Shown piece after piece: positions 11,731 through 22,795 of a stretch of DNA of 22,817 bases. Positions within the stretch are counted from its first letter, which is position 1. Every line of letters starts with the position of its first letter. This stretch comes from Patellaria atrata CBS 101060 (Eukaryota): contig MU006108.1 of NCBI GenBank assembly GCA_010093705.1, positions 124,001 to 146,817 of the forward strand, written 5' to 3'. Under the pieces are notes generated by a model that had not been told where the DNA came from, searched no databases, and saw only the letters and a program-made list of their open reading frames with translations. Position numbers and translations under genes: made by a program.

Positions 11731-11938
11731 TCATCTGAATAGATTGTATCTATCATAGTCAGCGAGACGTAGTTCCTATAAGCAAGTTAGCTGAGATGTA
11801 ATCCAATTGAGGGCATATCCTGACCTCAAAAGAAAAGTTCTTATGCGGTTCTAGGACTGTGATCGACTGATATGAACCAACCGGTCCTTTCTCATACTCC
11901 GAAATTTCATATGATGAGAAGGGTCTCTCACCTGTTCC
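11731..11938 (-). other. GLEBS (Gle2/Rae1-binding sequence)-like motif at the dynamin C-terminus, split by intron 11824-11776
   Basis: Spliced translation GTGERPFSSYEISEYEKGPVGSYQSITVLEPHKNFSFE|ELRLADYDRYNLFR*. This matches the Nup98/Nup116 GLEBS pattern GT..PF......(F/Y/H)QxIT....Y...S(F/L)EELR..DY, as recalled from the family. Confidence 0.85.
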
Positions 11939-14423
11939 ATGACTCTTATTCGGAGTTCCCACATTGGGATATATCCCACCCCCGTTGTTGGTCGCAAAGT
12001 TCAAAAGTGGCATCGTTGGCTTGTTAGCCGGTGACAAGGAGACCTTTCGGTTTTCTTCATTTTCGCCGAGCTTGTTTGTAGTACTTGGAGACCTCGAAGG
12101 TTTTGGAGTGCTCGCGGGAGTTATCAACTGGCCCTGGCCAGTCACTGTAGGTGGGAAAAGTGCATGTGGCTGGCTCAGCGGGGTTTGAAGAGGCTGGGAC
12201 TCGCCGGTCTTCTTGGAACCTCGTGCCAACTTTTTCGCTACTGTGGCATGTATCAGCATATATCTTCCAGGTAAAGGCCACGCATGTGGGCTGGAGAGAT
12301 CTTTTTCCTGTTACCTGTAGGTGCCCTGGCTACATGACGATTGCATGTCTTCAGACTGATCTCGAGGACCTTTATCTTCTCAGTAAGATAATTACGCTCG
12401 CGCTGCACGTCTTCGCGCTCGGCCGCCAGTATCGCAATATCCTCACTAGACATATGTGATATGGTTGTGGGAGAGAATATTTCGGGAAGGTCGGACATCA
12501 AACAATTCTCCACGGCGAGAACTGCAACGTTATCGATGAATACATCTAAAGCGACCTGGAAAGCATGAGTAGTGTAATAATTGATTATGATGGGACTAAG
12601 AGAGTCATATGTACCTTATAGTATCTGTCCATTAGATCAAGAAGGTCGGAAAACGAAGCTTCGGTATTGCCAACGGACCTCTCTTTTTGTCTCCGCTCGT
12701 AGTCTTCTTCTAGTGCGAGATATCGGGGATTGTAGGTGATGGGATGCCCGCTTTCATGTTGCTTGAGGAGCTCATTCAGTTTCTCTCTTAATGCACTTAG
12801 TCGCTCATCCATACGAGGGTCAACATGTTCCTTTAGGACGATGTCAAAGGTGGACGCATTCGTAGCGCTACCGAGTGCAAGTTCTAAGAATTCCTTTGCC
12901 GCCTCCCAAACATTTGTAATATGTTCCTCGGCTATCTCTCTCCAAGGTCGGGCTTGTTGATAGAATAGATGCCCGACAAGTTTAGGGTCTGTAGTTCTAG
13001 GCAGTTCAGTTCCTCTGTTCACCCTAACAAGGTCGCCAATTTCCGACATAAACGCAGTGCGAGAAATTTGATTACGTGCGGTATTACCGAATCCCTGAAA
13101 ACCATCCACTATTTGTCGGGAATGGCCGTGTTTGGTCATTCGGCGGGAAAATTCCTCGTTGAGATTTTGGATGATGGCCCTCAGATTGGGGTTCAACTCA
13201 GACTCGGCGCGGAAAAAATGGTCGTTATAGATTCCATCGCATGCGTACTTGACAAGATCCGAGAACCTCTTACCAATACCGATGAGATAGGTTCTTTGCT
13301 CATCTGTTGTTGGCCTTGAGGGTCCAAGTTTTGCTACTCTTGATTTTGATGTTGTAATCTCTTCTCGAATTTCCCGAACGACGTTCTCCAAATCTTTAGC
13401 GATATGCTGTAGAAATATCCCACTAAGACGGGAACGTAACGCTGTTATGCCGAGTGATGATTGCTTACAGCTCAACCATTCACTATCCCGGAAATACTCA
13501 GCCTCTGCTTTGTCTCTCTCCTCGGCGGTAGCATTCTTCTCCTTCTGACCCTTATTCTTGAGTACATGCCAGCCGAGGGCAAGAAGATTTCTCTTGTCTC
13601 CATTCTTTGCGAGCTTGATCCAATCAGCTTTCTTTCCGAAACCAGCATCCAAAGTATCAGGTTTAGTGATAATCCCTAGTGTTCTCTCTCCATTAGGATC
13701 AAAGTTGCGAGCCATCTTTAGCACCTCCTGGTTGGCATAGTCGTTCTGCGCCGATACCACAGCCAAAATGATAGTCCGGGGCTGTTCCATGTACGATTCA
13801 ACTAACTGTTTCGCAACTTCGATATCCTTATCGGTTTGACGCTCTGTTTCATTCCTAATCAACCCTGGAAGGTCAACAAGTGTAAGGTGAGGTCGATCGG
13901 GGCCAGAATTTTCGATACAAAGGACATCGTCGCTGAATGCATTCGTATTTGAGCCGATTGGCATCAAGTCCAATACCTTTCTTGCCTGCTCGATTATCCC
14001 GGGGAAATCCTCAGGAGAAGAGAACTTTGGATGAAAATTGAGGAGTCGTTGCCTTTCTTCTTCTGTACGGGTTGGACCAGGTCTGATGCTCACAGAAACA
14101 CGAGGCTTATCTGTTCGTCTCATAATAAGTTCAGTTGCAAACCGAGTGCACAATCCCTCATTAGTCGGAAATTTGGTAAGAGAAATAGCTTCCAGTACTG
14201 AACTCTTTCCCGCAGACTGGTCGCCGCATACCACGAGTTGGGGAAGACTGATATATTTACTGATTCCCAAAGATTTCAGCTTGTCGATATCGTCAAGAAG
14301 CTGAGATTGCTCTTGGGGGTGGAGTTGTGGAGGTGTGAGTGATTTGGGAACATCATGTTTTCCAGGTGGTGGAAAGTCTGAAGGTTGACTCGTCGGTTCG
14401 GAGACCTGCTCGTTGGTTGCCAT
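11731..14423 (-). CDS. Mx-like dynamin-superfamily GTPase (GTPase, stalk, GED) with a Pro/Ser/Thr-rich linker and a C-terminal Nup98-type GLEBS motif; ~836 aa; exons 14423-12615, 12555-12315, 12240-11825, 11775-11731
   Basis: G1 LPQLVVCGDQSAGKSSVLEA, G2 CTRF, G3 LTLVDLPG, G4 IITKPD. Stalk motifs RGTELP and HPITYN; GED YYK|VALDVFIDNVAVLAVENCL...LAAE...ER..L. Introns 12614-12556 (GTACAT..CAG), 12314-12241 (GTAACA..GCTGAT..CAG) and 11824-11776 (GTCAGG..GCTAAC..TAG) join the three listed ORFs plus a final 45-nt exon in frame (2511 nt). The first in-frame ATG is 14423; the listed start 14483 is TTG. Confidence 0.9.
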
Positions 14424-15747
14424 AATGATTGCGATGATTTCTAAAAGCAGTAGAGAGGGTAAGAAAAAATTAAGGATGAACAATGTTGAGTTGTTTGATA
14501 CTAATTCAATTGGAAGTATATGAATGTTGGAGGTCGTGGTGATTATAAGATTGGAACGATGGCGCTACCAAATATATATGGTGATATACTGAAAGAGAGC
14601 CTCGTGAAAGCCGAGTAGGCACCCATTCACGGGTGAGCGACGTTCAAAGCGGCTCGGGGAGTGAACACCTCTACGTGGAGGAGATGCGAACAGACCATCC
14701 GGTCCCACGTGCGCATAACTATCGATTTTACGTTCCAAATGTTGTGAAACGGTAAATGCTGCACCTCCCCACCAATCCACTATCTTCTGAACTGGATATA
14801 ACAGAGTGTTCGAAACGATGTTCTCCTCAACATGTTGTTGGATTGGTCTGTAAGGGTTTAACCTGGCGAGATTTGTATGGATGCTATACATATAGAGTGA
14901 CTGAATGAGGAACTCAGTGAAAATGTCTGTTGAAAATCATTGGTCGCCATCGTGGAGGCGCAAGCACATTCCCGCCCGTGGCTGACCTTTCTGTAGTTCT
15001 ACGATAAAAAGAAGCAAGGCTGGCCAGGCTGACGAGGCTGAAGAGATGATAGAAGTACGTAGGGAGTAGGCTGAGAATAGAAAGTGGAATTGAAAATATA
15101 CACTTTGCAGAAGAGAAAACAACATATGTAGAAGATAGTACCTTTGATATTAATGAGGGTATGAAATCAACGAGATCAGACTTACAGGCCAGCATCTACA
15201 GTAATTGTTTGGTGATCATGTTTAGAATCGAAACGTGGAACGTGGGACAAACTACTATGTACAGATAACCTCAAACAATAATAAACGCCACATATGTTTG
15301 CAGATATGTTGGTGATCGAATGTGGACATCCATCGAAACGTATAGCGATTCAAGGCCTCAATGGTAGTGCCGCAGTCGTGCATTCATTGGGGAGCTCCCT
15401 GCGCTTACGCCCAACTGGTGATAAACCTGTGGGCTATCCAATGAAGCCTCACACCGTATGCGCATCCACAGCCACACTCGCTTCCCCTTGACTGCCATCA
15501 TTGAACGGGTATTGACAAAGCTTGAGGTTGAGATATACGCCAAAAGTGTTCTTGCGGATGATGTTGGTGGTGCTTAAGAATCCCCTTGGTTGTTCCCGCC
15601 TGAAGATAACGGCAGAACTAAGGTACAGTATTTGTACCTACAGTAAAAATAAGAGTGCCGCTAATTACTAGACCCTTGGCACATCGCGACATAATCCGAC
15701 GTCAAACAGTAGTTCATATCGATCTTAATCGAGATGTGAACCTTAAG

Positions 15748-16751
15748 ATGGATCCCGAAGCGCCTGAGGAAGGGTTATGGCTATTTGGCTACGGGTATGC
15801 TTGAAGCGTCTTCTCTCTCGAATTCCGCTGAATATACTGTAGCAGTCTAATATGGAAACCACCACCCCACTATGGTACGGAACGATTTTCCCGGCGGCAC
15901 AGTCCTCTTCTGAAACACAAGCTGAGCGCGAAATCCAGATCAACGCGTTCCTGGCTACATCGAAGGATATGTTCGGCGGTTCTGGCAGGTGAGTCTCGTG
16001 CCATTCTAGAACACTGATTCTTGAGGCCATGGATTCACCGTGACTAAACCCTTGTTATAGGCGAGGTAATCCGTATCAACATCTACAACCCCTTCAGCAG
16101 GCTAATTCTCGCATAGTGAGGATCACCGGGGCACGCCTGAGTCACCCGGACGTGTAGTTACGCTCATTGACAGAGCGCATTGGTTGACCTTGACTGACCA
16201 TGTGTGTTTTATTATGACCTCCCTTGTGTTCTGCGACTCATGAATTTCAGCATTCTACAGCTACTGAAAGGGTTTGGGGTGCTGCGTATCATATTCCTCC
16301 ATCAAAAGTCGAGGAAGTACGCTCCTATCTCGATATTCGCGAGATCAACGGCTACAGCGTTCAGTATACGCCGTTTCATAAACCGTTCTCGCAGCCTGAA
16401 TCAACCCAAACTCCAATCAGTTGTTTAGTATACATAGGACTGCCTTCTAACCCCCAGTTCCTTGGTCTCCAAGACCCACAAGCGCTTGCTGCACGCATCC
16501 TCAAATGTCGTGGGCCTAGTGGGGAGAACAGAGAATATTTGTACCAGCTCGAGGCTGCTATGAAAGAGCTCTGTCCAGAGAGTGGAGATGACCACATCAC
16601 CGATTTAACTGAAAGGTGCCGAGCGATCGAGCGGCAGGAGATGTCATATAGCAGTAATCGAGATCAGCCTGATACGGATGATTCGAGAGGAGTTGACACT
16701 GAGCTGAAAAAGGTTGGTAGTACGGATAAACAGGAAGAGGTAGAGAAGTAA
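15748..16751 (+). CDS. GCG1: ChaC-family glutathione-specific gamma-glutamylcyclotransferase; ~239 aa; exons 15748-15794, 15843-15874, 15939-15988, 16061-16065, 16117-16201, 16251-16751
   Basis: Spliced translation LWLFGYGSLIWKPPPHYDQRVPGYIEGYVRRFWQASEDHRGTPESPGRVVTL...VWGAAY...YLDIREINGY...CLVYIG...GPSGENREYL contains the ChaC signatures, including the catalytic Glu in LDIRE. Five GT-AG introns keep the frame (720 nt). Confidence 0.93.
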
Positions 16752-17179
16752 TTGGATAACCTTTGATACCACGCTACCGTATTGAAAGTCTTAAACTAAG
16801 CTTCTCACTGATTCGATGAACCTTCCCAAAAAAGATCAAACCTGTGTTTGATACGCAGACCAGACGTATCGTCAATGTCTAGAGTAGGGATTCATCCTTC
16901 CTTTGTAGGGTAAGGTGATCGCTCACTGATTTTCGATCGAGGGGGTAATTTGAGTATTCGAAGTGTCGGTAGCATTGGGACGATATAGTTCCATGATACC
17001 TAATATCCGATATCTATGATCTGAAGACTTCTCTTCCCCCTCTTGTATATCGTATAATCCATTCAAGCGGTAATAACTACGAGAAGAGTGAAACATCATA
17101 GATGAGGACGCAATCGTTGCTGAGAGCCGCATAGTATTCACTCATAGCTCGATTAATGGTTGTTTGACTGTATATATCT

Positions 17180-19770
17180 TCAATCAGAACGGTATTCTTC
17201 ACTGAGGCGAATTGGGATGGGGAGATCGACGGCGAGAACCCCGACCTTGGTAGGCACCATGCCCTTATGAAAGAATTTATCATTACCTTGAGCGGTTTTT
17301 CTCGGATATAAGGTCGCTTCAATCCCAGGCTCAAGGATTCCGGCCGACATTTTGCAGAGGCGAGAGGCCCTTGGTTGTGTTTTCCTTATACTTGGCTTCC
17401 AGTTGTTCAGTGAGCTGTTCCGGGAATGTCGAGAATGTTCATACCGATCATGTCTGCTGGTAAATTTTCCAGCAGCGGTCTCCTCCCTCCCGTACGTCCT
17501 ATGAGAAAATGACTCTACGAATTCGGGCATGTCCTTTAAATACTCGCCGATTCTTGGGCTGAGTTCGTCTGCTAGCGGATCAAATGTAGCATTAGGGACC
17601 TGCGAGAGCGAGGAACTCTCAAACCAGTGAAAGCGGTCCCACAAAGAGTCCTCCAACGGTATTTGGAGGCTCTCGTCCACATCAGGACTAGGAGAAAGGG
17701 ATGCTTCGCGCTCGACCTTAGCATTGTACATATCGTCCCAGAGGCTGGCAGCAAACCTGTCCATTGTAAACGCGCTCCATAGGCATTGCTGTAGTCGAGA
17801 GACGAGCTCGTCGTACGAATTGATGTCATATTCGGCACATGCCACAGATACTTGATAAACAAACCACGAGCTCTCTGAGGAACCCTGAGCACAGATTGCT
17901 CCTATTACTAGCACCCAGAGTAATAAACCCGGGGATTCGTACCAATCGTCGCTGGATGTGCGTATGATGGCCTGTTGTAATCGCTTGATTGCTGTAAAGT
18001 GTAGGGGGTCAAAACTGGTTTTGGTTATTAGCATCTAACACGATCGTTTGATTCTAGATAACTTAATATCTTACCTCCGATAGCCCGTTTCCGAAATCCG
18101 AAACGTGAATATTAATAGAGATATACAAAGTGTTTCATCTAGGGGCCGAAGGCTTTCCTTCGTTAGATGGCGGAGGAGACGACGGTTTAAGATATTAGCA
18201 TGATTCTGAAGAGCTGCAGGATCCAATGATGAATCATCTTCCTCAAACCAAGAATCTAGTGCGGACGTATATCGGCTTAGGTCAGCCGCAATATTGACAA
18301 CATCTTCGTTGACCCTAAGAAGACGGCAAAAAAGAGCTATTGTTCCCAGTGGTTGCGAGATCAATTTATCGGACAAGACTGTCGCCGATGTTAAAGTACC
18401 ATAATTGTCCGGTAATGGAGTGTATGGTGGATAGAAAGATGCAATCGCATGTGCTGTACTATGCCTAGGACTATCAGTCAGCATTGTCCATGTGATGTAT
18501 TCTCGTTACGTACCACAAGATTAAAGCTTGTAGACACTTATTTGTGCTAAGTGCATGCAGGCCACCCCTTAGCTCCAACATTCGCTTCAGCCCACTTAAG
18601 TGCGTTAGTCGTTGACTGGAACTATCCTCATCATGTTCCCCGTTCTTTTGAAAAAGAGGTAGACTCTCCTCCACACACAAAAGGCCAAAGACAGCTCCAA
18701 TATTGGCGTCGTCAAGAGCGAGTTCAGGATTTGATATATTTGCTCTGATCTCTGCGATAGCTTGCGCTCTGTGGTACATAATATCGTAATACGACCTCCT
18801 ACCAAGCATACACATGTGCACTGCAGTCCCGCAAAGAAAGCTATGCATAAAAGCACGACTTGAGAAAGCCAATGTGAGCCAACCAGACCTAAGCAAATCG
18901 GACTGATGGCGAATGTCCAGGGGTATAGAATTTGGGCTGATGACGGAGAGAACTAATGAAAAGATCAGTAAACATTTGTGCCTACAAATGGAGAGAAAGA
19001 ATCAGAAAAGATGATCCTTCTTCGTGGTGTAAATTGCCGCATATTCCACCTTGCCTTGACTAGTACGTGCCTCCTTCAAGTCTGAGCAGATTCTGTGTCG
19101 TCTATGGGACCTCAGCATTTAATGCAGCGCATCCCATCATGAACGGCCCCCAAGATCACTTTCCATAAGGGGAATTGTCGACAAAGTAAAAGTATTTCTT
19201 ACAATGATCTATAACTTCAGCGTTTTTGGAATCCATTTTGACGGGAAATACTTGGAAGGGGTCCATCAATCCCTCAAGTGATGTGTGCCTCCACATCTCA
19301 GGGGTCATCCCTCCAGAGTGTTTTCGGTGACAACGGCAACGATCTTCATAGTTCCCTTGAATACTTTGCCCGCAATCTTCACAATGGTAAGACCTTTTGT
19401 ATGATCGACGTTGCAGAACGGTCTGACGGGTCACGCTCTCCTCGTTCCCTTCGGCGCTGGGGCTTCGCGTTGTAGGTGGCGTTCTGCGGGCCGATGATGC
19501 CCCTGAAGTAGCCTCAGGTGTCCCTCCCGTGCTGCCGCTTTCCGGACTATTCCTCAGAGGAAGAGCTTTGAGGGAGTTCTTGCTCGTTGACCACGGCCGT
19601 TGCCGTCTGGCTTTTTGCATCACAAAGGACCTGACATTTTGACGTCCCTTGCCCCGGCTGTGATCAGGGTTGGAAGAATCGACGAACAGAAATTCTTGCT
19701 GCACTGGATGCCTTTTTCTTGCGACGCCCTGGGCTCCTATAGTTTCTGAAGAGCTATTTGGTGGTTGCAT
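17180..19770 (-). CDS. Fungal-specific transcription-factor-domain protein (Fungal_trans_2/DUF3468 type) lacking an N-terminal Zn2Cys6 cluster; ~743 aa; exons 19770-19203, 18952-18514, 18464-18075, 18014-17180 (3' end uncertain)
   Basis: Family-typical FLFVD...VRSFVMQKARR, GLMDPFQVFPV, AFMHSFLC, HRAQAIAEIRANIS...DDANIGAVFGL, HLSGLKRMLELRGGL and LLLWVLVIG. Introns 19202-18953, 18513-18465 and 18074-18015 have GT-AG ends and CTRAY branch sites and join four listed ORFs in frame. Confidence 0.8.
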
Positions 19771-21015
19771 GCTGCAGTAGGACGACGAGGCCCTGCTTTT
19801 AGAGCCAGTCTCCTAAAGAAGTGACGGCAGAAAAGCAAAAGCAAGGAATGGGAGCAATACTCAGTTGCAGGAACGATGCTCTTGGATTTCCATATTCGTT
19901 GCTTTAACTTGCTTCGTAAGCTATTTAGTATCTGGGGGCCCACGATATCGTGGCCTTGGCGGATCTGAGGGGCAATGGCTGCAATGTTGTACTGTACCAA
20001 GCTGTTTTGGGACAATTTTATTCGCATATGCAGCGGATGCCTGTAGTCGCAGGATGATCCCTCTCAGAACCCGTCTTGTAAGGCTGTTAGGCTGACATAG
20101 GAAAAAGATCGAATGCTTTTCATGCATGGATTGAATTGCGTTGAAAGTAAAGAGGGTAAAGTATGTGAAGCCCTAGAATTGGAGAATCCTAGAGTATAAA
20201 AAGGGGTCATGCATGCAGCAAGCTTACCGGAAGACTGACAGTATTCAGGTATTCGGTCGCTACAGAAATACGAAGCGCTGGGAAGTGATCGGTGGTCAGC
20301 AAAACGGAGAATAAAGGAACGGTTCTAGAAACGATTGACGAGTGTCAGGGGAAAGTGAGATGGTAGTGGATTGGTTTCATAATTGTCGACCCCCATACAC
20401 AGTATCAAGTCGGGTGCTCCATCTCCATATTCGGTGTCAGCGTGTCAGCAGATTTGACGGTGAAATGCAGCCACGGAGCGCGGGCTTGTACTGCTGTATA
20501 GAGCCATAACTTGCACCCCTTGAACAGAGGTTAAGGTACGATGTCGGATTTTGGCTTCGAGAGGTAGTTCTAGAGACATTGATAGAGGAGAAGGAGGTCG
20601 TGAGGTAGAACTAACTTGCTGCAATTCCCTTATTAAACGCTTCTAAAAACGGTATGACATCTGTGACATCTGCTTCCATTATTCTCGGGACACCTTGCAG
20701 GATAACAGAATACGTCGGCACTCGGCTCAAGATCCCGTTCCGTGTGTTTGGCTTGTTTGCGCAGCCCTAACAAGTAGTAACACAAATCTACCTACAAGCC
20801 GTCGGATAGTCGATTACAATAATAATAAGTTCGATAGCCACGAGGTCAAAGAACATACCCTAGTCACCCATTTTCATCACTTCACTCGCACTGACCTCAC
20901 CTCACCTTAGACACAGTTGAACGTGGGCGAGAGTAGGTAGTAGGGAGGATGAGAGGTTGCTTTCTCTACCAGTCCCTGAGGTGAGCGCGTCGCATTCGTC
21001 CCCTATTTCAACAAA

Positions 21016-21039
21016 CCCCCCCTCCCCCTCCCCCCTCCC
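21016..21039. repeat. C-run tract C7-T-C5-T-C6-T-C3 (G-quadruplex-capable on the minus strand) just upstream of the ZIP start codon
   Basis: Four runs of at least 3 C separated by single T, ending 5 nt before the ATG at 21045. Confidence 0.6.
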
Positions 21040-21044
21040 GGATC

Positions 21045-22601
21045 ATGACGGCCCATGATGGCCTGTCTCCCATAAGAGGTCAGTTATACCCAAAGAACAT
21101 AGCAGATCCATTATCCTCCATACTGACCGTCGTGTCGGGACACCGCTAGATCTAGCGTCGCAATGGTTAGATATACCCACCGCGGTGTTGCAAGCTGAGC
21201 TCCGACGGAGACAGGAAGAGACAAACGAACGGCCGCCATGTGGAACCAAGGGTGCCAGAGCATCTTATAATACCCCGTTACATGTATTTGCTTTAGCTCT
21301 AATCTTAATACTCAGCACCTTGGGTGAGTGAGCGAAAAATGCTTTGGCAATAATGGGGCCGCGTGGACATTTTGCTAACGCCAATATCAGCGTGTTCGTT
21401 TCCCATTATCGTTCGACGATTCCCACGTCTACCTGTCCCTCATCACTTCCTCTTCCTCTCAAGACACTTCGGAACGGGCGTTCTGATAGCAACTGCCTTT
21501 GTTCATCTTCTCCCAACTGCCTTTGTTTCTTTAACGGACCCATGTCTCCCCCCGTTTTGGAACGAAAGCTACCCTGCGATGCCCGGCCTTATTGCCATGA
21601 CGTCAGTGTTGATCGTTGTTGGAATTGAAATGTTCTTCGCAAGCAGAGGCGCTGGACACATCCACGGCAGCGAATGGGACACCATCCCTTCAGAAGAACC
21701 AACAACAAACCCTACACATCATATGAGCCTTGGACTGAACAGGCCGGAGAGGGCAGGTCACAATAGAACCAACAGCTTCAGTCGATTCAGACAAGGCAGG
21801 ATAGGCATAGACCACAGGCCACCGGACATCCTCTTACAAGATGTCGACGGAGCCAGTCAAAGTCTCATAGAAGGACGCTCACCCACTTCCCCCCTCCCGC
21901 CTCCACAAAACCCCAAACCCGACGACGGAGACTCAGACTCCGACCTCTCCCTCGACGAACTCGACCCCATCCCCACGGGCACCGACTCCACCGGTCTCCT
22001 AAACGGCCACCCAAAACCGCACGCCAAACCCCGCAATCCCTCTCCAAACCCCTACGACCCATCCCCCTCGCCCGCCCCCTCTATCACCCCCCTAACTCCC
22101 CTCCAACACCAAAAAAAGCTCCTCCTCCAATGTCTCCTCCTCGAAGCGGGTATCCTCTTCCACTCCGTCTTCATCGGCATGGCGCTCTCCGTCTCCGTCG
22201 GTCCTCCCTTCCTAATCCTCCTCCTCGCAATCTCCTTCCACCAGACCTTCGAAGGCCTAGCCCTCGGCTCCCGCATCTCCGCCCTCGCCTTTCCCTCCCG
22301 CTCCCCGAAACCCTGGCTCATGGCCCTCGCTTACGGCACCACGACACCCTTGGGCCAGGCTATCGGGCTGGGCGTGCATAATCTTTATGACCCCGCGAGT
22401 CGGACGGGGTTACTGATGGTGGGCGTTATGAACGCGATTAGTAGCGGCTTGTTGCTTTTTGCGGGATTGGTCGAGTTGCTTGCGGAGGACTTTCTGTCCG
22501 ATGCGAGTTATGTTTCTCTGACGGGGAGGAGGAGGGTGGAGGCTTGTGCGGCGGTGGTTGGAGGCGCGGCGCTCATGGCGCTCGTGGGCGCTTGGGCGTA
22601 G
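21045..22601 (+). CDS. ZIP-family (Zrt/Irt-like) zinc/divalent-metal transporter; ~472 aa; exons 21045-21078, 21150-21323, 21391-22601
   Basis: Motifs YNTPLHVFALALILILSTLACSFP, RHFGTGVLIATAFVHLLP, LEAGILFHSVFIG, FHQTFEGLALG, TTPLGQAIG, ISSGLLLFAGLVELLAEDF and terminal LVGAWA. Introns 21079-21149 and 21324-21390 (GTGAGT..GCTAAC..CAG) give 1419 nt in frame. Exon 1 is less certain than the rest. Confidence 0.92.
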
Positions 22602-22758
22602 GGAGAGGGGAGAACGGGTTGGTGGGGGGATGGAAGATGGGGATATCGCTGACTTGCATACGAGGCGTTGGGCCGCGGTCATGGTTTCCTGCTTTTGAAA
22701 TCCTTTCCGTCGACAGTCGGGGATTCAAATAGGGGAGAAAAGGTGCCAGCTGGTGTCG

Positions 22759-22795
22759 GTAGAGTGGAGTAGAGTATAGAGTAGAGTAGAGTAGA
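22759..22795. repeat. Imperfect (GTAGA)n pentanucleotide microsatellite downstream of the ZIP gene
   Basis: gtagagtggagtagagtatagagtagagtagagtaga, about 7 units. Confidence 0.8.

Noticed and set aside
14424..14483. Hydrophobic signal-peptide-like N-terminus (MFILNFFLPSLLLLEIIAII) on the listed dynamin ORF
   Set aside because: It begins at TTG, not ATG. It is pyrimidine-rich 5'UTR read in frame; the first ATG is 14423.
16923..17141. Possible additional 3' exon of the regulator gene
   Set aside because: Exon 4 already ends in a stop at 17180 and I could not define a convincing intron linking to it; cDNA is needed.
19737..20027. ATG-initiated upstream ORF overlapping the regulator start out of frame
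   Set aside because: The transcription start is unknown, so it cannot be called a uORF, and it shows no homology signal.
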